Positions 38,443 to 48,967 of a stretch of 64,000 nucleotides of DNA are shown in pieces. The position numbers and the translations under genes are program-made. The notes beneath the pieces were generated by a model that saw nothing but the letters and a program-made list of their open reading frames with translations, did no database searches and was not told the origin of the DNA. The stretch is from contig OY970359.1 of the NCBI GenBank assembly GCA_963718665.1, positions 2,496,001-2,560,000 on the forward strand. The letters run 5' to 3'. This DNA comes from an uncultured Phycisphaerales bacterium (GTDB lineage Bacteria; Planctomycetota; Phycisphaerae; Sedimentisphaerales; Anaerobacaceae). Within the stretch, counting starts at the first letter, position 1. Every line of letters starts with the position of its first letter.

Positions 38443-41178
38443 ATGTCCAGAACCCTTTACATAATCGATGGCCACGCGCACATCTACGCCGCGTATTTCG
38501 CGCCTATGCGGCAGCGGCTGACCAGCCCATCGGGGGAACCCACCAAGGCCACATACATATTTACTACCGCCATACTTGGCCTGATAAAAAGCCGAAAACC
38601 CGATATGCTCGTCGTGGCGATGGACAGTAAAGGACCGACGTTCAGAAATGAGATGTATTCCGATTACAAGGCGCATCGGCCTCCTATGCCTGACGATATG
38701 CCCGTGCAGATAAATCGTATCGAGCAGATTCTTTCGGCGATGAATATCCCTATGCTGCGAATAAACGGATTCGAGGCGGACGATATAATCGGCACGCTTG
38801 CCAAAAAGGTCTCAAAAGAGGGTATTGACGTTTATATATGCACAAAGGACAAGGATGTTCTCCAGCTTATTGATGACCACGTTTTTGGATATGATATCAA
38901 GACAGGTGAAGTAACCGACGAGGCATGGGTTAATGCGGAGATGAAAATTTCGCCTGCCCAGTTCATCGACGTTTTGGCGCTTCAGGGGGATACCGCCGAT
39001 AATGTTCCAGGTGTCGCGGACGTCGGCCCAAAGACGGCTATTGAGTGGATACAAAAATACGGCTCGGTTGATAACCTGCTGGCGCACGCCGACGAAATCA
39101 CGGGCAAACGAGGCGATAATCTTCGCAAATCGAAAGAAATTATTAATCTCAGCAAACGGTTAGTAACGATTGACTGCGATGTCCCTGTGAAGATTGATTA
39201 CGAGGCGTTTACGATAAAGCCGGTTGATGAGGCGCTGCTGACGCAGATATTCAATGAGCTTGGTTTTGCCCGGCTGCTTGGGCAAATGTGGCTTTTGCCT
39301 ACTGAACAGCAAGTTCAAACACAGCAACAGCAGGGCGTAACGGCCGGCGGGGGGCCTGTTTCGGCGGCGACGGCGGAGCATAACTATCAACTTATCGATA
39401 CTCCGGAAAAATTCGAGGAGTTTTTCGAAGAACTGAAAAAGCAAAAATCGTTTGCCGTTGATACAGAGACAACTTCTATTGTGTCAATGCGGGCGGATTT
39501 GGTGGGGATAAGTTTTTCCTGGCAGGCGAAAACCGGGTTTTATATTCCGGTGCGTGCGCCGATGGGGGCAAAACGCCTGCCTTTGGCTATGGTGCGGGAG
39601 AAACTCGCCCCGATATTCGCCGACAAGGCGATTAAAAAAATCGGGCAGAATATCAAATACGATATGCTGGTTTTGCGCAACGCGGGGTTGCCTTTTGCGG
39701 GCGTGTATTTCGATACAATGGTTGCCTCGTATTGTCTCGACCCGCTGCGAAACAGTCATTCGCTTGATAATATGGCGCTGGATTTTCTCGGGCTTACGAG
39801 CATCCCGATATCCGCACTCATTGGCAAGGGGAAAAATCAGCTCAGTTTCGATATGGTCGATACGGCTGCGGCCTGCGAATATTCCGCGGAGGATTCGGAC
39901 CTGACGTGGCGGCTGTATCAGTATTTCACAGCGCAATTAGAGAGACGGCCACAGATACAGCCATTATTTTACGATGTTGAGATGCCTTTGGTAACCGTTC
40001 TCGCGGAAATGGAATACAACGGCGTTTCGCTGGATACCGAGATACTTTCGGATATGTCGGAAGACATAACCGCGTCGATTAACCGGCTGGTTGACGAGAT
40101 TTACCAGACGGCGGGTGCGCCGTTCAATATCGATTCGCCGAAGCAGCTTGCCGAAGTGCTTTTTGGCCGGCTGGGATTAAAATCCGTGCGTTCGGGTAAA
40201 ACAGGCCAAAGCACCGATGCGAGTGTTCTGGATGAGCTTGCCGAGGAGCACCCGATTATTAATCTTATTCTCGAATACCGCACGCTGAGCAAGCTAAAAA
40301 ACACTTATGTTGACAAACTGGGCTATCTCGTAAACCGTCGAACAGGCAGGGTTCACGCGTCGTTTAACCAGACGATAACCGCGACGGGCCGATTAAGCTC
40401 AAGCGACCCCAATTTGCAGAATATCCCGATTCGCACGCCTTTGGGCGCGAAAATTCGCTCCGCGTTTATACCCCAAAACAAAACCGATTGCATCCTCAGC
40501 GCGGATTATTCACAGATAGAGCTTCGCTTGTTGGCCCAATTTTCGGGTGATAAAGCGCTGCGTGAGGCATTTGCCGCGGATATGGATATTCATCGCTTTG
40601 TAGCATCGCAGATTTTCAACGTGCCGATTGAAAAAGTTACATCCGAAATGCGCTCTCGGTGCAAGGCGGTAAATTTCGGGATAATTTACGGGCAGGGGGC
40701 TCTTGGTTTGGCGCACGGAACGGGGCTGACCTTAGCGGAGGCGAAAAAATTCATCGAAGATTATTTTGCCAGATACAGCTCAATTCGTCAGTTTATGGAC
40801 GGCGTCGTCGAGCAGGCGACAAAAAACGGTTATGTCGAAACAATTCTGCACCGTCGGCGAAAAATACTGAATCTTGAAAGTCCCAACCCCGGCAAACGGG
40901 CGCAGGCGAGGCGATTAGCCGTAAATACGGTCATACAGGGTTCGGCAGCCGATTTAATCAAGGTTGCTATGGTCAATATTCAGCGAAAAATTGAATCGGG
41001 AAATCTGCCCGTCAAAATGATTTTGCAGGTTCACGATGAGCTGGTATTCGAGCTGCCGACCGCTGAAGCCGAGAAGCATTCAAAGTGGATTGCCAATGAA
41101 ATGACAAACGCGATTAAATTAGACGTTCCTCTGAAAGTCGATATTACTTACGGCCCAAGCTGGCTCGCGGAGAAATAA
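38443..41178 (+). CDS. polA: DNA polymerase I
   Basis: 5'-3' exonuclease (FEADD, GDTADN), 3'-5' exonuclease (DTETT), polymerase motifs (ADYSQIELR, KAVNFGIIYG, QVHDE). Confidence 0.97.
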   Translation: MSRTLYIIDGHAHIYAAYFAPMRQRLTSPSGEPTKATYIFTTAILGLIKSRKPDMLVVAMDSKGPTFRNEMYSDYKAHRPPMPDDMPVQINRIEQILSAMNIPMLRINGFEADDIIGTLAKKVSKEGIDVYICTKDKDVLQLIDDHVFGYDIKTGEVTDEAWVNAEMKISPAQFIDVLALQGDTADNVPGVADVGPKTAIEWIQKYGSVDNLLAHADEITGKRGDNLRKSKEIINLSKRLVTIDCDVPVKIDYEAFTIKPVDEALLTQIFNELGFARLLGQMWLLPTEQQVQTQQQQGVTAGGGPVSAATAEHNYQLIDTPEKFEEFFEELKKQKSFAVDTETTSIVSMRADLVGISFSWQAKTGFYIPVRAPMGAKRLPLAMVREKLAPIFADKAIKKIGQNIKYDMLVLRNAGLPFAGVYFDTMVASYCLDPLRNSHSLDNMALDFLGLTSIPISALIGKGKNQLSFDMVDTAAACEYSAEDSDLTWRLYQYFTAQLERRPQIQPLFYDVEMPLVTVLAEMEYNGVSLDTEILSDMSEDITASINRLVDEIYQTAGAPFNIDSPKQLAEVLFGRLGLKSVRSGKTGQSTDASVLDELAEEHPIINLILEYRTLSKLKNTYVDKLGYLVNRRTGRVHASFNQTITATGRLSSSDPNLQNIPIRTPLGAKIRSAFIPQNKTDCILSADYSQIELRLLAQFSGDKALREAFAADMDIHRFVASQIFNVPIEKVTSEMRSRCKAVNFGIIYGQGALGLAHGTGLTLAEAKKFIEDYFARYSSIRQFMDGVVEQATKNGYVETILHRRRKILNLESPNPGKRAQARRLAVNTVIQGSAADLIKVAMVNIQRKIESGNLPVKMILQVHDELVFELPTAEAEKHSKWIANEMTNAIKLDVPLKVDITYGPSWLAEK

Positions 41179-41180
41179 AT

Positions 41181-41877
41181 ATGGCAAAACTTTCACCGAT
41201 GCGACGGCTAATGAAGCTGATTCATCCGGAGGGGATACCGTGGCCCGGCTCGGTTTTCTATAATGCCATTAGTTCGTCGACGATATTTATGAAGCACTAT
41301 GAGCTTGCGGCTGAAGACATATTGAGCCATTGTTCTGCACAGCATCCCTTTCGGGAGCAGGGGACGCTGCTCGATATCGGCACAGGTCCCGCGCCTCTTG
41401 TTAAAACTGCATCAGCAATCGCCGGCTATGCGACTGGTGGGGATTGATTCGTCAGCCGCAATGGTAAAACAGGCGAAACAAAACATTGCCCAGGCAGGTC
41501 TGTCGGAATTCATCGAGATTAAAGAGGGCAGCGCAAATCAAATTCCGTTTCCGGACCGGTCCTTCGATATCGTTGTCAGCACCGTTTCGATGCACCACTG
41601 GAAGCAGCCCGAGGCATGCCTCAATGAGATTTATCGTGTTCTGAAGGACAATAGTTTTGCCTTAATATACGATATTGTGAGTGATACGCCCCGAAGCACG
41701 ATGAGCGAGGTAAAACGCGAATTTGGCCGGCTCAAAGCTACGATGTTCTGGCTTCACAATTTTGAGGAGCCGTTTTATACCCGCCAGAATTTTGAGGCAA
41801 TCGCCCAGTCGTCGCTTTTTGGGAAAGGGCGGACTCAATTCCTCGGTTTGTTTTGCTGCCTGATACTGAAAAAGTAA
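41181..41877 (+). pseudogene. Class I SAM-dependent methyltransferase, frameshifted
   Basis: LDIGTGP ends one frame at ~41390; RLLLKLHQQ...GIDSS...FPDRSFD...SMHHW continues in another frame. Confidence 0.75.
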
Positions 41878-41886
41878 TTCGTTTTG

Positions 41887-41915
41887 TTGACGTGGAATAC
41901 GCCAAGCCCTAAAAT
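41887..41915 (+). promoter_or_regulatory. Sigma70-type promoter of dapL
   Basis: ttgacg-N17-taaaat. Confidence 0.55.
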
Positions 41916-41934
41916 CCCTTTGTTATCCGAGTAG

Positions 41935-41963
41935 TGTCATTCCTGCGAAAGCAGGAATCCAGA
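41935..41963. repeat. REP/dRS3-like palindromic element in dapL 5' UTR
   Basis: tgtc-attcctgc-gaaa-gcaggaat-ccaga hairpin; second copy at 829-880. Confidence 0.75.
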
Positions 41964-41988
41964 ACTAATAGACAATGGGAAAAACAAG

Positions 41989-43224
41989 ATGATAACGGTA
42001 AACGAGAATTTTTTGAAATTGCAGGCGGGGTATTTATTTCCCGAAATAGGCAAACGCAGGCGTGCGTTTCAGCAGGCGCACCCTGAGGCGAAGATTATCA
42101 GTATGGGAATCGGCGATGTTACGCAGCCGATTGCCCCGGCGGTAATCGAGGCGATGCGCAAGGCCGTGGATGAGATGGGCAAAAAAGAGACGTTTCGCGG
42201 CTACGACGACGGTGGCATCGGGTATGCTTTCCTCAGAGAGGCGATTGCGAAAAATGATTTCAAATCGCGTGGCGTAAGTATCGATATTGATGAGATTTTT
42301 GTCAGCGACGGCGCAAAATCAGATACCGCCAACATACAAGAGCTTTTCGGCCTCGATAACATAATAGCAGTGGCTGACCCGGTCTATCCCGTTTACGTCG
42401 ATACCAATGTTATGGCGGGACGGACGGGTGCGGTCGCGGGGCAGGGCACATATTTGAAAATCGTATATATGCCCGCCACGGCGAAAAATGATTTTGTCCC
42501 TGAACTGCCAAGAGAAAAGGTGGATATGGTTTATCTGTGCTTTCCGAATAACCCGACCGGCGCGGTTGCGACCAAAGAACAGTTGAAAAAATGGGTCGAT
42601 TACGCGAGGGAAAATAAAGCCGTAATTCTTTTCGACGCCGCATACGAGGCGTATATAAGCGATTCGCAGATACCGCATTCGATATATGAAATCGAAGGCG
42701 CTAAAGAAGTAGCGATTGAGTTTCGCAGTTTTTCCAAAACCGCCGGTTTTACCGGGCTTCGCTGTGCTTTTACCGTTGTGCCGAAAGAGCTTCGGGCGTT
42801 CACCAGAGCAGGACAAAGCGTTGCCCTGAATCTGCTCTGGAACAGACGACTTTGCACCAAGTTCAACGGCGTATCGTATGTTACTCAGTCAGCGGCTGCC
42901 GCGGTTTATACCGATGAGGGCAAAAAGCAGATTCGCAAAACGATTGATATTTATATGAACAACGCGAAGGTTATTCGTGAATCGCTTACCGCTTTGGGAT
43001 ATAAAGTATATGGCGGCGTTAATGCTCCGTATATCTGGGTGAAAACTCCTGAGGGCGTCGGCTCGTGGCAATTCTTTGACTTGTTGCTCAATAAGGCACA
43101 CATCGTAACAACCCCCGGCGCAGGGTTCGGCCCAGCGGGGGAAGGATATGTGCGATTGACCGCTTTCGGCAATCCTCCTGATGTTGTCGAGGCGATGGGG
43201 CGAATCAAGGCCATATCTAAATGA
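41989..43224 (+). CDS. dapL: LL-diaminopimelate aminotransferase
   Basis: [40 protein letters not shown]. Confidence 0.95.
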   Translation: MITVNENFLKLQAGYLFPEIGKRRRAFQQAHPEAKIISMGIGDVTQPIAPAVIEAMRKAVDEMGKKETFRGYDDGGIGYAFLREAIAKNDFKSRGVSIDIDEIFVSDGAKSDTANIQELFGLDNIIAVADPVYPVYVDTNVMAGRTGAVAGQGTYLKIVYMPATAKNDFVPELPREKVDMVYLCFPNNPTGAVATKEQLKKWVDYARENKAVILFDAAYEAYISDSQIPHSIYEIEGAKEVAIEFRSFSKTAGFTGLRCAFTVVPKELRAFTRAGQSVALNLLWNRRLCTKFNGVSYVTQSAAAAVYTDEGKKQIRKTIDIYMNNAKVIRESLTALGYKVYGGVNAPYIWVKTPEGVGSWQFFDLLLNKAHIVTTPGAGFGPAGEGYVRLTAFGNPPDVVEAMGRIKAISK

Positions 43225-44303
43225 GCGACATAATCGCATACATCGGTTTGGGTGGTAATCTTGGCGACCGGGGAAACCATATCGACAGAGCCATTCAATC
43301 TCTGCGAGAAACGCCGGATATTTCGGTCGAGCATGTTTCAGCCGTCATCGAGACCAAACCATTGGGCGACACGGAACAGCCGAAGTATTTGAATTGCGTC
43401 GCGGAAATACGAACATCTTTTTCAGCCGCAAAACTTCATCAGCAGCTCATTCGCATCGAGAACGCACTTGGTCGTAAGAGAGGTAAAAAATGGGCGTCGA
43501 GAACCATTGATATTGACCTGCTGCTGTTCGGCAATGAGGTAATAAACAGCGATACGCTTACCGTTCCTCATTCGCAAATGCACCTGCGTTCGTTTGTGCT
43601 GGCGGGATTGCGCCAGTTGAATCCGAAGCTGTTGCATCCTGTTCTCAATGAGACAGTTGATACGCTTGCAGGTCGGCTGAACGGCGGCGATTTTGCCCTC
43701 AAGCCCGATAGGCCGCAGCTTATAAGTATCGCAGGCAATATCGGCGCGGGCAAAACTACACTTACAAAAATACTTGCCGAGGTGTTTAAATGCAGAGCAA
43801 TCTTCGAGGCATACGACACCAATCCGTTTTTGGCCAAAGTTTACGCGGGCAATCACGACCTTGCCCTTGATAGTCAGTTGTATTTCCTTTTTACGCGTCT
43901 CGAACAGTTGAACCCGACATCACTCGAAAAAGGGAAGTCCGTCGTTACCGATTACCTTTTTCAAAAAGAGCAGATATACGCAAAATTGCTTTTAAACGCT
44001 GAGCAATTGATGTTGTATCAGAAATTTTATTCGATTGTGTCGCCTGCGATTACCAATCCTGCTGTCGTAATATATCTGCAAAACCCGCCGAAGCAGTGTC
44101 TTGAGCGGATTCACAAACGAAGCAGGCCCTATGAGCAGCGAATTGAAAGCAGTTTTCTCGAGGCCGTCGGCGCCGGTTACGAACAGGGTTTATGCGACTG
44201 GAAAATTTGCCCCGTCATCCGGCTCCCCGATTTCGATTGTTTCGACAAAAACGCGGTCGATTCGCTCGTCAGGCAGTTGAAATGTTACCTCGCTTGCGGA
44301 TAA
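43221..44303 (+). CDS. folK: HPPK (FolK) fused to a deoxynucleoside kinase domain
   Basis: [22 protein letters not shown] followed by [27 protein letters not shown]. Confidence 0.88.
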   Translation: MSDIIAYIGLGGNLGDRGNHIDRAIQSLRETPDISVEHVSAVIETKPLGDTEQPKYLNCVAEIRTSFSAAKLHQQLIRIENALGRKRGKKWASRTIDIDLLLFGNEVINSDTLTVPHSQMHLRSFVLAGLRQLNPKLLHPVLNETVDTLAGRLNGGDFALKPDRPQLISIAGNIGAGKTTLTKILAEVFKCRAIFEAYDTNPFLAKVYAGNHDLALDSQLYFLFTRLEQLNPTSLEKGKSVVTDYLFQKEQIYAKLLLNAEQLMLYQKFYSIVSPAITNPAVVIYLQNPPKQCLERIHKRSRPYEQRIESSFLEAVGAGYEQGLCDWKICPVIRLPDFDCFDKNAVDSLVRQLKCYLACG

Positions 44304-44313
44304 TAGGTTTGAA

Positions 44314-45171
44314 ATGAAAATTGCGAAGACAATTAAATTGGTCAGGGCAGCTATTAAAGCTGCCCGTAAAGCAGGCAGGGCAATCGGTCTTGTTCCGACG
44401 ATGGGTGCACTGCATCGCGGACACGTATCACTAATCGAGCGTTCGGCAAAGCACGGCGATTTTGTCGTGGTCAGCATATTTGTAAACCCGACACAGTTCG
44501 GCCCAAAAGAGGACCTCGCCAAATACCCTAGGCCATTGCGCGAGGACCTGCGAATCTGTGAAGACAACGGCGTTGATGTTGTTTTTATCCCCGATGCGAG
44601 GGAAATGTATCGAGAAGAAGAGATTACCTGGGTCAATGTAGATAAAATTTCGGAGCCGTTATGCGGACGTTTCAGGCCGGGGCATTTTCGGGGGGTAGCG
44701 ACCGTATGCGCGAAACTTTTCAATATCGTGCAGCCCGACATCGCGTATTTTGGCCAAAAAGACGCCCAGCAGCTTGCCGTGATAAGACGAATGGTCGCCG
44801 ACCTCGATTTTACGCTTAAAATCGTGGGTTGCCCGACAGTGCGCGAAGCTGACGGCCTTGCGCTTAGCAGCAGAAACTTGTATTTGTCGTCGGATCAGAG
44901 AAAAGACGCGACCTGTATATACCGCTCGCTTAAAACCGCCCGCGAAATGATTGAGGCGGGCCGAACAAATCCCAAAACAATCGCCGCTAAAATTCGTAAG
45001 ATAATTACCGCCGCAAAATCGCTCAGCAGCGTTGATTACATAAGCATCGTTGATGCCGAGACACTTCAGGACGTCAGCCGAGTTACAGGCAGGGTGCTGA
45101 TTGCCATTGCGGCAAGATTCGGCTCGACCCGGCTGATTGATAACCTGACAGTGGACTGCCGGACAAGATGA
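44314..45171 (+). CDS. panC: Pantoate-beta-alanine ligase
   Basis: VPTMGALHRGH, FVNPTQF, GQKDAQQ, LALSSRN, RLIDN. Confidence 0.96.
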   Translation: MKIAKTIKLVRAAIKAARKAGRAIGLVPTMGALHRGHVSLIERSAKHGDFVVVSIFVNPTQFGPKEDLAKYPRPLREDLRICEDNGVDVVFIPDAREMYREEEITWVNVDKISEPLCGRFRPGHFRGVATVCAKLFNIVQPDIAYFGQKDAQQLAVIRRMVADLDFTLKIVGCPTVREADGLALSSRNLYLSSDQRKDATCIYRSLKTAREMIEAGRTNPKTIAAKIRKIITAAKSLSSVDYISIVDAETLQDVSRVTGRVLIAIAARFGSTRLIDNLTVDCRTR

Positions 45172-45217
45172 TGTATAATAATCTTTTTTAATTTTATAAG
45201 AAGGCAGGCAAATAACA

Positions 45218-45580
45218 ATGCTCTTAAAGATGTTAAAATCGAAACTGCACCGGGCACGCGTAACCGAGACCCGGCTTCACTATCCCGGCAGCATTCTAAT
45301 CGATTCGGCACTGATGAAGGCGACGGGTATTCTGCCTTATGAGGGTGTTCTGATAGCCGACCTGACCAACGGCAGCAGAGTCGAGACCTACGTTGTGCCG
45401 GCCCCGGCAAACTCGGGCCAGATAGTTGTCCTCGGCGCAGCGGCACAACTGATGAATAAAAATGACATAGTAATAATCTTCAGTTTTGCCTATTGCACCC
45501 CGGCTGAGGCGAAAAAGCTTAAACCGAAGGTTATTCTCCTTGACGAGCACAATAAAATTCGAAAACCGCTTAAACAATAA
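45218..45580 (+). CDS. panD: Aspartate 1-decarboxylase
   Basis: KSKLHRARVT, YPGSI cleavage site, NGSRVETY, GAAA. Confidence 0.93.
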   Translation: MLLKMLKSKLHRARVTETRLHYPGSILIDSALMKATGILPYEGVLIADLTNGSRVETYVVPAPANSGQIVVLGAAAQLMNKNDIVIIFSFAYCTPAEAKKLKPKVILLDEHNKIRKPLKQ

Positions 45581-45602
45581 ATAGGCAATCAAAGGTTTAT
45601 AG

Positions 45603-46586
45603 ATGCATCCTGAACTATTCAGAATACCTTTTACTCCGTTGACGGTCAAGGCCTATGGTCTGATGCTGGTCATTGGTTTTCTGATGGCTGTGCATATCAT
45701 CAGGCGACTTAGCAGAAACATCACGCCCGACCCGCAAATGATTACCAACGCATCATTGTATTGCCTTGTCGTGGGCGTAATCGGCGCTCGCATATTTTAC
45801 GTTCTGCATCACTTCGACAATTTCAAATATAACCTGATGAGTGTGTTTGCTATATGGGAAGGCGGGCTTGAGCTTCTGGGCGGCGTTGTTGGCGCTATCG
45901 GGATAATTGTTCTCTACCTTCGATACCACAAGCTGCCCACACGCCAATATCTCGACATCCTCGTAATCGGGCTTATGTTTACGCTTTGCTTCGGAAGAAT
46001 CGGCTGTTTCCTCAATGGCTGCTGTTTCGGCAAACCATGTGATTTACCCTGGGCGGTAAGGTTCCCTTACAATTCATTCGCCTACACAAGCCAGGTCGAG
46101 CCAAACCCCGCTCGAAATCGCGCCTCGCCCCAGATGCGGCTGCCCGACGACTTTTTTAATTCCGGCGTACTGAAACCCTATGACCAACTGACCCCGCAAC
46201 AAAAAGAAATGGTAACAACAGGCCCTTACCGCTGCATGGCAGTCCACCCTACGGAATTGTATTCCTCCGCAGACGCGGCTATTATCGCCGGCCTGCTATA
46301 CCTGTTCTGGAAAAGGGCACAAAACGCTCAAAAAGCCAAAAACTTCCTCAAACCACTCACAAAACCGGGTGGCACCTTTGCCCTTATGTTCATCCTTTAC
46401 AGTTGCGTTCGCTTTTTTGAAGAGTTTCTGCGTGACGATAACCCATTCGAATACGGAAGGTGGATGATTTACAAGGGCGGCACTATCTCCCAGAACCTCT
46501 CCATTTATATGCTCATCTTTGGTGTTGTCCTGATGCTCATTTTCCAGAAACTTCCTGCCGATAAACAATCATCCAAAACCCGCTGA
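45603..46586 (+). CDS. lgt: Prolipoprotein diacylglyceryl transferase
   Basis: MHPELF, GARIFYV, IWEGG, GRIGCFLNGCCFG, HPTELY, EFLR. Confidence 0.9.
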   Translation: MHPELFRIPFTPLTVKAYGLMLVIGFLMAVHIIRRLSRNITPDPQMITNASLYCLVVGVIGARIFYVLHHFDNFKYNLMSVFAIWEGGLELLGGVVGAIGIIVLYLRYHKLPTRQYLDILVIGLMFTLCFGRIGCFLNGCCFGKPCDLPWAVRFPYNSFAYTSQVEPNPARNRASPQMRLPDDFFNSGVLKPYDQLTPQQKEMVTTGPYRCMAVHPTELYSSADAAIIAGLLYLFWKRAQNAQKAKNFLKPLTKPGGTFALMFILYSCVRFFEEFLRDDNPFEYGRWMIYKGGTISQNLSIYMLIFGVVLMLIFQKLPADKQSSKTR

Positions 46587-46647
46587 TTTTTCTGAATGAT
46601 TCACGGGCTTTTGATATAATGGTAACAACTGTTTTCTTAAGGATACT

Positions 46648-47508
46648 ATGGGGCTTTACGAAAGAGATTACACCCAGGAACAAAATGATGCGCAGTCGCG
46701 CTATGCGCCGCAGATGCGCCTGGGCTTCCCGTCCGTAACCCCCATCGTAAAATGGCTTCTCATCACCAACGTCTCCGTTTTCTTAATCAATGTCATTTTC
46801 TCATCCCAGGAAGGGACGGGAATGACGTTTCTTCAAACGTATTTTGCCCTGATACCAGCTACTCCGATGCTCACCCTCCAGCTATGGCGACTGATTACTT
46901 ACCAGTTTCTTCACTGGGATTTTAATCATATATTGTTCAATATGCTCGGGCTGTTTTTCTTGGGGCCGTCGCTTGAACGTCAGTGGGGCAGCAAAAAATT
47001 CCTCACGTTTTACCTTTCCTGCGGGGTGGCGGGGGGGCTCTTTTATATCCTTCTGGTTATGACTGGATTTTTGTCTGCCGGGCCGATGGTAGGTGCGTCA
47101 GGGGCAATACTCGGTGTTCTCACCGCCTGCGCGATTCTCTTCCCGCATTTCGTCGTATTTATTGTTATCTTCCCTGTGCCTATCCGCGTTGCCGCGGTCA
47201 TTCTGATGGGCATCTCATTTTTTACCGTCCTGTCGAAAGGTGCAAACGCCGGCGGCGAGGCGTGTCATTTCGCCGGTATTGCCGTGGGGGCGATATATGT
47301 TCTGTCGGATTCCTGGCGGACCGCCCTGAAATTACGCTTCAAGGCGTCAAAATGGGAGAAATATATCGAATCCGAACGCCGGCTTCGTCTTGAGGTGGAC
47401 CGTATCCTCAAGAAAGTTCACGATAACGGCATACAATCCTTAGCCGCGTCTGAAAAACGCATCCTTAAAAAAGCGACCCACCTCGAACAGGAACGCCTGC
47501 GTAAATAA
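46648..47508 (+). CDS. Rhomboid intramembrane serine protease with C-terminal DUF6576-like tail
   Basis: WRLITYQFLH, HILFNM, VGASG, CHFAG; EVDRILKKV tail. Confidence 0.9.
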   Translation: MGLYERDYTQEQNDAQSRYAPQMRLGFPSVTPIVKWLLITNVSVFLINVIFSSQEGTGMTFLQTYFALIPATPMLTLQLWRLITYQFLHWDFNHILFNMLGLFFLGPSLERQWGSKKFLTFYLSCGVAGGLFYILLVMTGFLSAGPMVGASGAILGVLTACAILFPHFVVFIVIFPVPIRVAAVILMGISFFTVLSKGANAGGEACHFAGIAVGAIYVLSDSWRTALKLRFKASKWEKYIESERRLRLEVDRILKKVHDNGIQSLAASEKRILKKATHLEQERLRK

Positions 47509-47513
47509 AACAG

Positions 47514-47547
47514 CGAGGCCTTGCGCACAACTCGCAAGGCCTCGTTT
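47514..47547 (+). terminator. Hairpin/terminator between convergent genes
   Basis: cgaggccttgcg-cacaact-cgcaaggcctcg-ttt, perfect 12-bp stem. Confidence 0.7.
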
Positions 47548-47548
47548 A

Positions 47549-47580
47549 AATCCGCAATCTAAAATCTGCAATTTACAATC
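47549..47580. repeat. Degenerate heptamer tandem repeat (intergenic)
   Basis: aatccgc aatctaa aatctgc aatttac aatc. Confidence 0.65.
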
Positions 47581-48451
47581 AGTTGTCCCATTCGAACTTT
47601 TCCGGCTCGTTGACAAGCTCGGTAACACGTTCCTTAACCTTCTGGCTCTTGAAATCCTTGCCCTTCCATTTCTCGACCTCGGTCTTTCTCTGGTCAACCT
47701 CTTTTTGCAGTTCCGCCAGCTTTTTGGTCAGGTCTTCATACGCCATTTGTTTACGTTTGACAATCAGGTCAAACTGCTGGCCGACAATCTGTTCTAATTC
47801 CGCGGTAAGCGTTTTTTTCTGCTTTTCATCCTTTGTTGCCCCTATTTGTTTGAGCAGTTCCGCCCGTTTGCCTTTAAGCTCCAGTTGCTGCTTCAGGACT
47901 TTCGCAAGGTTCGGGTCGTCTTGAGCCGCCTTACAAATCGGCCCATATTTCTTCCCGCTAATCATCACCGCTCTCATATACTGCTCGGGATTGTCCTTTT
48001 TGATCTGCTCCAGTTTTGTTGCTTCATCAGGATAATTTTCCTTGAGGCATTTGAGGTACTCATCTGTTCTTTCCTGGATTCTTTCGCGCATTATTTCCGC
48101 GCCCGGTCCGGGCATTGTGGATACCTGCTCCATCATACGCGACATAAACTGTTCATGCGTAGCGTTTCGCAGTTCTGCCTTGAATGCATTTGGGTCTTTT
48201 TCACGCAGCTTGGTCAGCTCATCTGCTTTTTGAGGATTCTTTTCCTTTAGCTCGGCCAATAAGCGGTTCGTCTGTTCCGGCGTCAACTCAAATTGTTCTT
48301 TGTCGTGCATCGGGCCGTTGGGTGGCGGAGGTGGCGGTGCGGCTTCAATCTGGTCTTCTTTGGCGAGGTCTCCTGCCCTGGTCTGGCTCACGCCCGTCAT
48401 TGCCAGTGCGCATGCCGCTACCAAGATCGCCTTCCATAAGTTTATTCTCAT
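47579..48451 (-). CDS. Exported alpha-helical/coiled-coil protein of the ECF operon
   Basis: Signal peptide, poly-Pro linker, highly charged helical body. Confidence 0.7.
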   Translation of the reverse strand: MRINLWKAILVAACALAMTGVSQTRAGDLAKEDQIEAAPPPPPPNGPMHDKEQFELTPEQTNRLLAELKEKNPQKADELTKLREKDPNAFKAELRNATHEQFMSRMMEQVSTMPGPGAEIMRERIQERTDEYLKCLKENYPDEATKLEQIKKDNPEQYMRAVMISGKKYGPICKAAQDDPNLAKVLKQQLELKGKRAELLKQIGATKDEKQKKTLTAELEQIVGQQFDLIVKRKQMAYEDLTKKLAELQKEVDQRKTEVEKWKGKDFKSQKVKERVTELVNEPEKFEWDN

Positions 48452-48455
48452 ATCC

Positions 48456-48962
48456 TTATCCTTTCCACATATCGCCGTTAACTTCGATTAATTCTGTTTC
48501 CAAATCTCCGACAGATGTGCTTCCATTGACGTTGTTGTCATCAGATTGAGCCCCCGACAACTCACTCTGTATATTTTCTATTTCTGCTTTCAGCACGGTT
48601 ACATCCGCATCATCGGCGCCTTCCCACACTCTCGCGGGTATCGATGCCGCGATTATCCTGGTTTGTTGGCTGTTCTGTGAGTTGCCATACCGCATTAGCA
48701 CCAGGACTGATACTACAATTACCGCCGCCGCGACAGCCGTACCCAGAATCTTTTTCTGTAATACGACTATTCGCCGTCGTCTTACCGCGGCCACGACATT
48801 TTTCTTCACCTCGGCGAGTACCCGTTCATCCGGCTGAGGCGATTGATTCGCCCCCAGAATTTCTTCACCCTTTTCTATATCCTCAGCTGTCTGCTGGGCT
48901 GCCGCCTCATCCATAAAGCCGGCCAGCAACTCTCTCAAATTTTCATTCGCTGAATTATTCAT
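48456..48962 (-). CDS. Putative membrane anti-sigma factor
   Basis: Single TM helix after RRRR; directly downstream of the ECF sigma gene. Confidence 0.65.
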   Translation of the reverse strand: MNNSANENLRELLAGFMDEAAAQQTAEDIEKGEEILGANQSPQPDERVLAEVKKNVVAAVRRRRIVVLQKKILGTAVAAAVIVVSVLVLMRYGNSQNSQQTRIIAASIPARVWEGADDADVTVLKAEIENIQSELSGAQSDDNNVNGSTSVGDLETELIEVNGDMWKG

Positions 48963-48967
48963 AATGG

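Noticed and set aside
39301..39357. Gln/Gly-rich stretch in polA as a possible intein or insertion
   Set aside because: It is a short low-complexity linker between exonuclease domains with no intein motifs
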